From an uncultured archaeon (GTDB lineage: Archaea; Aenigmatarchaeota; Aenigmatarchaeia; CG10238-14): 36,714 nucleotides of DNA. Shown piece after piece: positions 9,572 to 18,528 of the stretch. The position numbers and the translations under genes were made by a program. How positions within the stretch are numbered: the stretch's first letter is position 1; every line of letters starts with the position of its first letter. The notes under the pieces were generated by a model that had not been told where the DNA came from, did no database searches, and was given only the letters and a program-made list of their open reading frames with translations. The stretch is from assembly GCA_964392445.1 (NCBI GenBank), contig CAYMPD010000011.1:1-36714 (forward strand), in the 5' to 3' direction.

Positions 9572-10048
9572 CTAGAATTCAATAACTCCTCTATCATACA
9601 GGAAACTGATCACATCTCCGTTGTATCTAACACCCCTAAAAGATTGTCCACTATGATACTCAGCTAATCTCTCTATTCCTTTTCTGATTCTATGTGGATT
9701 TCCTTCTGCCAATCCTACTAAAGCTTTAATGAAAGAATGATCATAGTTTCCGAGAAGTCCTGGCGTTAGTCTCGATACAAAATCCTCTACAATAACACTA
9801 TAACCTCTCAGAAAGGCTGGATATCTCATAGCCTCTTCATAGCCCAAGAACTCTGCAACTTCTTTCCATTGTGAAGCGCCCCATGAATCTGGTTTTTCTC
9901 TGAATTTGAACTCAAATGCTTCTAAAGTATCTCTATTTTTTACTTCTTCAAAAAGGGCCTCAGATACCTCTTCATCCCTCATATCTTCAACAGGTATTCC
10001 ATACAACTTAGCTCTAGATCTTAGTTTCTCCCCACTAATTCCTGACAT
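9572..10048 (-). CDS. Hypothetical protein (158 aa)
   Basis: Open frame with a GTGA SD before ATG 10048, co-oriented with the glycogen genes. No family recognised. Confidence 0.7.
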   Translation of the reverse strand: MSGISGEKLRSRAKLYGIPVEDMRDEEVSEALFEEVKNRDTLEAFEFKFREKPDSWGASQWKEVAEFLGYEEAMRYPAFLRGYSVIVEDFVSRLTPGLLGNYDHSFIKALVGLAEGNPHRIRKGIERLAEYHSGQSFRGVRYNGDVISFLYDRGVIEF

Positions 10049-10143
10049 TTTAATCACTTCCTAGTTGTAATAATAGTGTGGGTATTTAAATATTTTTTTA
10101 CCAAAAAATGAGACAAATGTTTCAAAATATAACTAACTAATAC

Positions 10144-12039
10144 CTAAATTCTCTCCAAAATCTTCCCAACACTCCAAGCCTGAGAAATACAACCTCTACT
10201 TTCATGAGGATCATCACCATCAATTATCTCAGAAATAGCGCCCAACCCAAACTTCATTATCTCCCTTTCAACAAACTTTTTGATCCATTTTTCGTCATTT
10301 TTCACCAAAGTACTCATCCAAGGCCAGATTGTGCCCTGATGATAAGCTCTATCTCTTTGGTCAACATTACCCGAATAAACGCCACGATAATTCTGATTCT
10401 CCTTAGGTAAAGTTCTTAATCCGTAATCCGTCCAAAGTTCTTCCTTAACCGATTTAAGTATTTTTTCCTCGCCTTTATCAATAATCTTGAAAGGGAGATT
10501 TAAAGCAATCAACTGGTTAGGTCTCAAAGTATCATCATCCAAGGTATCTTTCAAATAATCCCCATTCCAAAATTTCTTGTTAAAATTCTTCTTAGCCATA
10601 TTATCATGAAACTGATATCTCCTATAATCCTTTCCTAACTCCTTGGCAAAGAATTCAGCGACACAAAGAGCGTTATACCACAATGCTTGTATCTCAACAG
10701 CTTTACCTGCTCTCGGAGTGATATATTCTCCATTAAGTTTAACATCCATCCAAGTCAATCCAGAACCATGTTTTAGCAAGAAATTCTCGTCCATCTTTAT
10801 CCCATCAACCCCTTCAACGTGTTTCTCAACTATGTCTATGATGACTGGCCACATTTTCTTAATGAATTCTTTGTCTTCAGTTTCCTGATAATAAAGGTAA
10901 ACACAATTAACAAACCATAATGTCCCATCAACAGAATTATAATTAGGATCATCATTGTTTTTCACGGGAAAAGTATTAGGTAATAGTCCTTTCTTGAGTT
11001 CTTTGGAATATCCTTCCAGTATTTTTTTAGCTTCTTCCAACCTTCCAGTTTTCAGGCAAATCCCAGGTAAAGATATCATCGTATCTCTTGCCCATTCTCC
11101 GAACCAGTGATAACCAGCAATAATAGAATACTTACCATCAAACCTTTTAATCAAATGATTATCCGAAGCCAGTACCAACCATTTAATCCAATCTTCTTTT
11201 TTCACTTTATTTTTCTTGAAAAATTTGTCTAATAATTTCTCTTTCCTTTTCTTCTCCTCTTTTTTAAGCTTACCGTAATTGTAATCTTTCTTATCACAAT
11301 AACTGGCTATAATTTTGAATTCGAACTTACCCTTACCTTTAATCTCAAACACGCCAGGATTATAACAATTATCTATCGCGTCTTCCCCTCTCTGAGCTTC
11401 CATATCATAATAAAAATTTTTGTACCATTTCTGATCTTCTTTTAACGTACTCGGATAGTATTTTCCCTCAGTTGTAGAAATCCTAAGAAACTTATTGTCC
11501 TCAAAATTAATTTTAATTTCATCATCTTTGTTTTCGGTATTGAACAATCTTTTAGTTTTTCTAACCTCGTAAATTGACCTGTAATTTATCAGCGGCTTTA
11601 ACCTTAGCAGGACTTTCTTGTTTCCAGAATCAACTTCATAGGATATCACAACTACATTTTTTTCCCTTAGCATGAACACTTCTTTCTTGATCTTAACTCC
11701 TAAAGCCGAATAAAAAAAGTTTGGATTATCGTTTAACTTGAATTTTTCAAGGAATTCAAAACCTTTGGGATAAAGTGTATCCACATACTGATTTGTCGAC
11801 AACTGAAATTTTTCATCATCAACAACTAATTCCTCTTCCAATTTAGAAAGAACGACCTTCCTATCAAGCGGAGGCTTTTCAGATGTTATCAATAATCCAT
11901 GATATTTTCGGGTATTCATTCCGGTTATCGTTGAGGAAGAATAGCACCCTCTCCCATTAGTCACTATCCACTCGAGTTTTTTAGATTTCTCAATCTCTCT
12001 AATTAGGTCTTTATCTATCCTTAATTCAGGTAATTTCAA
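10144..12039 (-). CDS. Amylo-alpha-1,6-glucosidase / glycogen debranching enzyme (GDE_N + GDE_C)
   Basis: EWIVTNG.G, TRKYHGLL, IAGYHWFGEWARDTMISLPG, TWMD, PRAGKAVEIQALWYNAL, YHQGTIWPW, ISEI, QAWSV. Confidence 0.93.
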   Translation of the reverse strand: MKLPELRIDKDLIREIEKSKKLEWIVTNGRGCYSSSTITGMNTRKYHGLLITSEKPPLDRKVVLSKLEEELVVDDEKFQLSTNQYVDTLYPKGFEFLEKFKLNDNPNFFYSALGVKIKKEVFMLREKNVVVISYEVDSGNKKVLLRLKPLINYRSIYEVRKTKRLFNTENKDDEIKINFEDNKFLRISTTEGKYYPSTLKEDQKWYKNFYYDMEAQRGEDAIDNCYNPGVFEIKGKGKFEFKIIASYCDKKDYNYGKLKKEEKKRKEKLLDKFFKKNKVKKEDWIKWLVLASDNHLIKRFDGKYSIIAGYHWFGEWARDTMISLPGICLKTGRLEEAKKILEGYSKELKKGLLPNTFPVKNNDDPNYNSVDGTLWFVNCVYLYYQETEDKEFIKKMWPVIIDIVEKHVEGVDGIKMDENFLLKHGSGLTWMDVKLNGEYITPRAGKAVEIQALWYNALCVAEFFAKELGKDYRRYQFHDNMAKKNFNKKFWNGDYLKDTLDDDTLRPNQLIALNLPFKIIDKGEEKILKSVKEELWTDYGLRTLPKENQNYRGVYSGNVDQRDRAYHQGTIWPWMSTLVKNDEKWIKKFVEREIMKFGLGAISEIIDGDDPHESRGCISQAWSVGKILERI

Positions 12040-12048
12040 ACTATCTCC

Positions 12049-13050
12049 TCATTTAAGTTTCTTTCTCAGAATTTCCGCGGCTTCTTCAGGAGAAATTGTT
12101 GTAATATTCATCCCCGCACCCAATTCAAAGCCTGCATCTTTTTCTAATCTAGGACTAATTTCAATGTGAAAATGATATTTTTGTGGGACATGATCTCTCA
12201 TTCTTAGATAAGCTGTGTGTAGGTAGAAATTAAAAGGTGGGTCATCTAGGACTTTGTAATATGTATTGAGTACTTTCCCTAAAGCTTCTAATACAGCTTC
12301 TTCGGATTCTTTTGACATCTGGATAGATGGACTGTGTTTCTTAGGGAATATCCAGACTTCAAATGGCCACAATGGAGCGTAAGGACAAAATGCTATCACA
12401 TGATCATTTTCAAATACAACTCTTTTTTTGAGATCACTTTCCATCCTAATAATTTCACAAAAGATACATTTCCCATTAAATGTGTAATAATCATCTGCTG
12501 CTGCCATTTCTTCGTTTATCAGATGAGGGACCGCGGGTAAAGATATTATTTGAGTATGTGGGTGAGGTTGCGAGGCACCAGCATCTATACCTCTATTTTT
12601 AAAAGCTAAAACGTATTGAATATTTTCATCTGCGGCCTCTTGATTAAAAACATCCTTAACGGTTTCAAACCAAAGTTTCCATTCCTTCTTTTTATAAAGA
12701 GCGGGATGAGAATTGTGGACGGGTGTATCAATCATTAAATAGTGAGAACCATAGCCTGTTTTTTTGTTCATTAGTTTACCAAAATTTTCATTGAAATTCT
12801 CTTCCTTATCAACAGCTGGATATTTATTTCCTATTACTCTTGTTTTCCAGTTTTTACTTGATGGTTTTTCTACTAATGGATCAGGGCACATTTTCTCATT
12901 ACCAGGACAGAAAGGACAGTTTTTTGATTTTTTGGGCAATTTTTTCTTCTTGGATTTATCCTTAGGTTTAGGTCTGAATTTTCTTTTTTCAGAAATTATA
13001 ACCCATCTATTAAGGAGGTAATCTTTTCTGATTTCAGCCACTTTTACCAA
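12049..13050 (-). CDS. galT: GalT-family hexose-1-phosphate nucleotidyltransferase
   Basis: EIRKDYLLNRWVII, CPFCPGNE, NKYPA, catalytic GASQPHPHTQ, CIFC, HFHIEI, AGFELG. Start may be GTG 13041; overlaps the glycogen synthase stop. Confidence 0.9.
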   Translation of the reverse strand: MVKVAEIRKDYLLNRWVIISEKRKFRPKPKDKSKKKKLPKKSKNCPFCPGNEKMCPDPLVEKPSSKNWKTRVIGNKYPAVDKEENFNENFGKLMNKKTGYGSHYLMIDTPVHNSHPALYKKKEWKLWFETVKDVFNQEAADENIQYVLAFKNRGIDAGASQPHPHTQIISLPAVPHLINEEMAAADDYYTFNGKCIFCEIIRMESDLKKRVVFENDHVIAFCPYAPLWPFEVWIFPKKHSPSIQMSKESEEAVLEALGKVLNTYYKVLDDPPFNFYLHTAYLRMRDHVPQKYHFHIEISPRLEKDAGFELGAGMNITTISPEEAAEILRKKLK

Positions 13051-14872
13051 CTCTTTCTTTCATCTTTTTAACAGCTAATCCATGGGCCTTGAAATAATTT
13101 ACAACCTGAACTTTCCAATCAAGAATATCAACTGTCTCTCTAGTTTTAATCTTTAATCTAGTCTTATCCTCCTTCTTCATAAACACAAAATATTCCAAAA
13201 TATCAGCTAATTCTTTATTCACATTATTATTGGAATTATTCATCATATGTAATACCTTGATTGGGTTTTCTTTTGGAACGTTTTTAAGAATGAATTTACC
13301 GAAACCCGCAACATCTGTGGTAACAGAGAGTGTTCTAAGGACGGCCGTCTCGAATGGTGTATATCCCCAAGGCTCATATCTAGATGGGAATACTCCTACA
13401 GAAGCACCAATCACAAATTCATTGTAATCTAAACCCATAAGACCATCAGAAGGTGAAAGATAAGTTGGGTAGAAAATTATTTTAACCTTATCTTCCTCTT
13501 TGTTCGTCAGGCTAGCTTCTTGGAGTGCTTTGATTATTGTATCTTCCTTCTCATCATAATCCAATTCATATGCACATAGAGGTGGATTTTTGCCTTGATG
13601 CTTCATGAAAAAGTTGGAAAGAATTTTCATATCATTTAGGAATTCCTCATCCAATATTTCCCCCATATCTATTTTCTTGTGATATAGCATTTGTGATACA
13701 ATATCATCAGTAACCTCTACCATTTTTTCTTTGACTAAATCCCTCATTTTTTGGTAATGAACTAGATTTCCCAATATACTACTCTTGGGTCCCTTAATTC
13801 CCGAAGGTATTAGAATAAAAGCAAAAACTAGTTTTTTAGAATTTCTTTTCTTTAATCTTTCGTTAAGATCTTTTAGTGCATTAATATAGATATCCACTCC
13901 TTTGTTGAGATACTCATACCTACCAGATACAAAAATTACCATATTGTCTTTCATGTTAATCGGATAATAAGGGGAGAAATAAGCTTCTAAGAATTTGTCG
14001 ATCTTTTCCCTGTACTTCTCATGTAATATAGTAAGTCTTCTGGTCCTGTAAGCACCTGTTAGATCTAAGGCATTGGGAGCAACTACTTCTGGTGTTCTTT
14101 TGAGGATGTATTTTGCTTCTTTTTTAACGATATCACTTACGGTTGTGAAAATGTCTGCTTCTTTTGCAGTAGTCAATTCCATCATATGCTGAGCCTGTAA
14201 TTCATATTTGTAGGCTTCTTGATCGTCAAAATACTTTCCTTCTTCAAGACCTTTATTAACTTCTTCCATTAGATTCTCTCCACATCCAGATTTTGCTCTA
14301 CCTATTCTTGTAGCATGCGTTGTAAATACTAAACCCACTGGAAGGTTTTTTTCTTTAAGATAAAGTAACCCAGCACCAGATAGCCATTCGTGAAATTGCG
14401 CAACTGATTTTTTACCTTTGATTCCCTTCATTCCAAGCATTTTTTCTATAAGCATCCCTACTGTATAAGACCAAACAATTGGTTCATCAAAATCAAAACC
14501 AACATTAATAGAATCTATCTTATAGTCCTCCCAAAATTGTTTTTTGATATCAGTTACTTTTTTCTCATGGAATTTTTTAGGGTCTATTAATATCAAATTC
14601 ACATCGTTAGCCTGGAACCATCTACCATAATAACACTTAATACCCTCTTTTTCCAACTCTGAGAATATTTTTTCAAGTTCCTCCGGTATTTTTTTCTCCT
14701 CAAAATTGTTAATGTACTCCTTAGGATTAAAGAAACCGATAGTCCAATAATTATCTCCATATTTATTCTTCATTTCGCCGCTTTTTGACTTCAATATAGT
14801 GAAAATACCACCTACTTTATTCCCACATTCAAATGAGACTTCAAAACAGACTTCAGGTTCTTTTTCTACCAT
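13034..14872 (-). CDS. GT3 (eukaryote-type) glycogen synthase
   Basis: FEVSFECGNKVGGIFT, HEWLSG, FTTHAT, GRYEYLNKG, IFYPTYL, GVFPSRYEPWGYTPFE: matches fungal/animal GSY motifs, not GT5 GlgA. Confidence 0.9.
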   Translation of the reverse strand: MVEKEPEVCFEVSFECGNKVGGIFTILKSKSGEMKNKYGDNYWTIGFFNPKEYINNFEEKKIPEELEKIFSELEKEGIKCYYGRWFQANDVNLILIDPKKFHEKKVTDIKKQFWEDYKIDSINVGFDFDEPIVWSYTVGMLIEKMLGMKGIKGKKSVAQFHEWLSGAGLLYLKEKNLPVGLVFTTHATRIGRAKSGCGENLMEEVNKGLEEGKYFDDQEAYKYELQAQHMMELTTAKEADIFTTVSDIVKKEAKYILKRTPEVVAPNALDLTGAYRTRRLTILHEKYREKIDKFLEAYFSPYYPINMKDNMVIFVSGRYEYLNKGVDIYINALKDLNERLKKRNSKKLVFAFILIPSGIKGPKSSILGNLVHYQKMRDLVKEKMVEVTDDIVSQMLYHKKIDMGEILDEEFLNDMKILSNFFMKHQGKNPPLCAYELDYDEKEDTIIKALQEASLTNKEEDKVKIIFYPTYLSPSDGLMGLDYNEFVIGASVGVFPSRYEPWGYTPFETAVLRTLSVTTDVAGFGKFILKNVPKENPIKVLHMMNNSNNNVNKELADILEYFVFMKKEDKTRLKIKTRETVDILDWKVQVVNYFKAHGLAVKKMKERVGKSG

Positions 14873-14901
14873 ATAGTATATTATTACATATTTTGCCTCA
14901 A

Positions 14902-14929
14902 ATAAAATTAACGTATAAAATTAACGTAT
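14902..14929. repeat. 13-bp tandem duplication (ATAAAATTAACGT)x2 in divergent promoter region
   Basis: Exact tandem copy read directly, between the GT3 start (14872) and the PGM/PMM start (14957). Confidence 0.75.
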
Positions 14930-14956
14930 TTGTTTCAAAAATCATATTAATTATAG

Positions 14957-16300
14957 ATGAAAGAGACTATATTCAGGAAATATGATATAAGGGGAGTAGT
15001 CGGAAAGGATTTTCTGATTGGGGACTCTAAACATGTGGGAGCTGCTTTTGGTACTATATTAGGAGAAGGTAAGTCGGTTTCTGTTGGTATAGATGTTAGG
15101 CTCACAAGTGAGGATATAAAAGATGGTTTAATAGAAGGTCTCAGGCTGGTAGGTTGTAATGTCACAGATATTGGGATAGTTCCTACGCCATTGTTGTATT
15201 TTCACCTATATCGTAAGAATAAAGATGGCGGAATTATGATAACCGCATCTCATAATCCTCCAGAATATAATGGCTTTAAATTCAGAAACAAAAAAGCAAC
15301 CCCATTTCATTATGAAACTATATTAGAAATAAAAAAAATGATAGAGAAAAATAAATTTAATGTTGGTAAAAGAGGGAAAATTAAAAGAGAGGATGTAGTT
15401 AAGGAATATCTTGAATATATCAAAGAAAAAATTGATCTGCAGAAAAGTTTGAAGGTTGTAATTGATGCAGGTAATGGTACATGTGGTGAAATAGTTCCCA
15501 AGATTTTACGAGATTTAGGGTGTCAAGTCGAAGAACTTTATTGTAAACCTGATGGAAATTTTCCCAATCACATACCAGATCCAAACATGGAAGAGACATT
15601 ATCTGATATTCGAGAGAAGGTCGTTGAAACAAATTCAGATATTGGTATAGCATTTGATGGTGATGGTGATAGAGTTTCTTTTGTTGATGGGAAAGGAAAT
15701 ATAATTCGAAGCGATATTGCAATGCTATTATTTGCTAAGGAAGTTTTAGGAAAATATGATAACCCCAAGATTGTTCATGAGGTCAAGTTTTCTCGTATAT
15801 TTATTGATTATGTTAAGAAGAATGGTGGTATTCCAGTTATGACAAAAGTTGGATATCCTAATATAGTTTTTAAAATGTTGGAGGAAAAATCACCTTTAGG
15901 GGGAGAATTTAGTGGTCACTTTTATTTCAGGGAAAATAATTATTATGAAGATGCTATTTTTGCTGCAGCGAAATTTGTTGAAATCGTTTCAAAACAAGAT
16001 AAAAGCCTTTCCGATTTAATCAAGCCATTTTTAAAATATGTCTCCAGTCGGGAATTTAGGATACCTTGCCCTGACGAAAAAAAAGAAGAAGTAGTTAGAA
16101 AAATCAAAGAAACATTCGAATCTCGAGGTTACGATATAAATGATGTAGATGGTGTAAGATTAGAATTTAAAGACGGTTGGGGTTTAATAAGACCATCAAA
16201 TACAGAACCAGAATTATCTGCAAGATTTGAAGCTACTACAAATGAAAAACTAAAGGAAATAAAAAAAATGGTATTAAAAGAATTAAATAAGCAAATGTGA
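14957..16300 (+). CDS. Phosphoglucomutase/phosphomannomutase
   Basis: IFRKYDIRG, phosphoserine ITASHNPPEYNG, metal loop FDGDGDR, GGEFSGH, RPSNTEP. Confidence 0.95.
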   Translation: MKETIFRKYDIRGVVGKDFLIGDSKHVGAAFGTILGEGKSVSVGIDVRLTSEDIKDGLIEGLRLVGCNVTDIGIVPTPLLYFHLYRKNKDGGIMITASHNPPEYNGFKFRNKKATPFHYETILEIKKMIEKNKFNVGKRGKIKREDVVKEYLEYIKEKIDLQKSLKVVIDAGNGTCGEIVPKILRDLGCQVEELYCKPDGNFPNHIPDPNMEETLSDIREKVVETNSDIGIAFDGDGDRVSFVDGKGNIIRSDIAMLLFAKEVLGKYDNPKIVHEVKFSRIFIDYVKKNGGIPVMTKVGYPNIVFKMLEEKSPLGGEFSGHFYFRENNYYEDAIFAAAKFVEIVSKQDKSLSDLIKPFLKYVSSREFRIPCPDEKKEEVVRKIKETFESRGYDINDVDGVRLEFKDGWGLIRPSNTEPELSARFEATTNEKLKEIKKMVLKELNKQM

Positions 16301-16311
16301 ATAATTTATTC

Positions 16312-17259
16312 ATGACAATAGATGTAACAATAGTGGGGGATATAAATGTTGATGTGATTACTCATCCTTTGGAGGGTATACCTGAAAAGAACAAACAATT
16401 ACTAGTTCCTTATATTTATCTTAATACTGGTGGATGTGCATGTAATACCGCAATAGCCTGCGCGAGATTAGGAATAAAGACAAGATTGATAGGTAAGGTT
16501 GGTGATGATGCTTTCTCGGCCTTCATACTGGATACTTTGAAAGAGGTTGGTGTGGATAGAAAAATAAAAATTTCGGAAAAAGAAGATACAGGTATAACAC
16601 TTGCTTTAGCACTTCAGGATTCTTCACGTTCTTTTATCACTTACAAAGGCGCAAATGATACATTTTCCACAAAAGATTTTTCTATGGAACTAATAGATGG
16701 TGAAGTACTCGTACTTACTGGATATAATTTACTGGATAGTTTGAGAAAGGAAGCGGGTATTCTATTTGAATATGCTAAAGATATGGAGATGGCAACTTTT
16801 CTTGACCCTAATTGGGATCCGAAAGGCTGGACCAAAGAAAGAATAAATGATATAAGTGAATTATTGAAAATAACAGATATTTTTTTCCCAGATTTAGAAG
16901 AAGGAAAATCAATGACTTTTACAGATAATCCTAATTTAATTACAGTTAAATTATTGATGCATGGTCCTAAATTTGTTTGTCTGAAATTAAGTGATCAAGG
17001 ATGTTTATTGGCAGATGATGATAGTAGTCAATTAGTTAAAGCTTTTCCCGTGAAACCAATTAATACCACTGGGGCGGGAGACGTCTTTCTTGCTGCTTTC
17101 ACTAAAAAATGTCTTGAAGGGGAAGATCACGAAGAATCAGCTTTATTTGCGAATGCAGCTGCTGCTTTATCAACGACTAAGTTTGGTTTGGAGAGATATC
17201 CAACTTATCAAGAAGTAAAGGAATTTATGAGAAGAGAGGAATATGAAGAAAGTTCATAA
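16312..17259 (+). CDS. PfkB-family carbohydrate kinase (no. 1)
   Basis: VGDINVD, GGCACNTA, IGKVGDD, NTTGAGDVF, ANAAAA. ATG 16312 preferred; GTG 16297 possible. Confidence 0.9.
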   Translation: MTIDVTIVGDINVDVITHPLEGIPEKNKQLLVPYIYLNTGGCACNTAIACARLGIKTRLIGKVGDDAFSAFILDTLKEVGVDRKIKISEKEDTGITLALALQDSSRSFITYKGANDTFSTKDFSMELIDGEVLVLTGYNLLDSLRKEAGILFEYAKDMEMATFLDPNWDPKGWTKERINDISELLKITDIFFPDLEEGKSMTFTDNPNLITVKLLMHGPKFVCLKLSDQGCLLADDDSSQLVKAFPVKPINTTGAGDVFLAAFTKKCLEGEDHEESALFANAAAALSTTKFGLERYPTYQEVKEFMRREEYEESS

Positions 17260-18307
17260 GCTGAAAGAAACCAGTATTAAAGTTATTAGAGATTGTTGTT
17301 TGGAAAATGGTGCTATAGTTGCTGCTAATCCAAGCAAGAAATATTATCCCTCCCAAGCAAAGCATTATTTTTATGTATGGCCAAGAGACGCATCTTTTGT
17401 TTGTATGTGTGCGGATATAATTGGAATTGAGAGCATTCAAGAGAAATTTTTTAATTGGTGTTTGAATAGAGCCGAAGGCTTTAAAAGAACAACTTTATTT
17501 TTTGAGAAATATTATGTCAATGGGCTTAAAGCCTTGCCCAGATTCCAACCAGATCAGGGTGGTTCTATACTTTTTGCAGTCCATCACCACTATAAAGAAG
17601 AACCGTCCAAAGCATTGAAATTCAAGGAATTAATTAAAAAGACAGCTGATGGATTATGTTGGTTTTGGAAGGATGACCATTTTGATCGGATGACTAATGA
17701 CTTATGGGAAGAGAGACATACTTTTCCTGATTTAAAGGATAACTTCACCTATGATCTTGCAGCTTGTTCAAAGGGATTAGAAAAGGCAAATGAAATAATT
17801 CCGAATTCCAGATGGGAGGAAGTATCCAATCAAATGAAAAAACTTTTAGAAAAACATTATAATGGTAAATTCTTTGTGAGATCTCATGGTATTCTTAGTG
17901 ATGAGAGGATTGATGCCTCAATGTTAGGTTTGGCCTATCCATTTGAGGTTATAAAACCAGATGATAAAAGAATGAAATCTACCGTCAAGGAAATTGAGAA
18001 AAAACTTGTGATTAATGGTGGTGTTCACAGGTATGAACATGATGAGTATGATGGTTGGATGTATGAGAGTTTTCACAGAAAGAAAGGAGCAGGTGCTTGG
18101 CCATTATTGAATTTTTGGTTATCGATTTACTATTCTAATTTGGGAAAAAAGAAAAAAGCTAAGAAATATTTTGATTGGGTTGTTGATAGGGTTGATGAGT
18201 ATATCCCAGAACAGATTTTTGATAACGACATTCAAGTTTCTGTTTCTCCATTAACTTGGTCGCATGTGATGTTTTTGATTGCGGGAAAACAATTGGAACT
18301 ATTTTAA
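17243..18307 (+). CDS. GH15 glucoamylase-like hydrolase (catalytic domain only)
   Basis: YVWPRD, QPDQ, DLWEER, DASML, GVHRYE.DEY, WPLL, IPEQ, PLTWSH. Confidence 0.88.
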   Translation: MKKVHKLKETSIKVIRDCCLENGAIVAANPSKKYYPSQAKHYFYVWPRDASFVCMCADIIGIESIQEKFFNWCLNRAEGFKRTTLFFEKYYVNGLKALPRFQPDQGGSILFAVHHHYKEEPSKALKFKELIKKTADGLCWFWKDDHFDRMTNDLWEERHTFPDLKDNFTYDLAACSKGLEKANEIIPNSRWEEVSNQMKKLLEKHYNGKFFVRSHGILSDERIDASMLGLAYPFEVIKPDDKRMKSTVKEIEKKLVINGGVHRYEHDEYDGWMYESFHRKKGAGAWPLLNFWLSIYYSNLGKKKKAKKYFDWVVDRVDEYIPEQIFDNDIQVSVSPLTWSHVMFLIAGKQLELF

Positions 18308-18309
18308 AT

Positions 18310-18528
18310 TTACTTAACAATCATCTTTCCCTGTTCCCAGTTCTCCCATTTAACTTTACAATCCTGACATTTCAATACGTTTTCTGCTTTCAAGAATGTA
18401 CTATATCCAGAAGAAGTGTCTGATTTAGCATGGACTATTGTATCTTTGTTACCATGATCATAACAAACCCCTCTCCCACAGAATACACAAACCCCTCGTG
18501 CTTCTTTATCACAGAACCAGCATTTCAT
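18310..18528 (-). CDS. Small Cys/His-rich zinc-finger protein (72 aa)
   Basis: CxxC..CxxCGRxxCxxH..CxxC; ATGA overlap with the upstream GT4 stop. Confidence 0.75.
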   Translation of the reverse strand: MKCWFCDKEARGVCVFCGRGVCYDHGNKDTIVHAKSDTSSGYSTFLKAENVLKCQDCKVKWENWEQGKMIVK

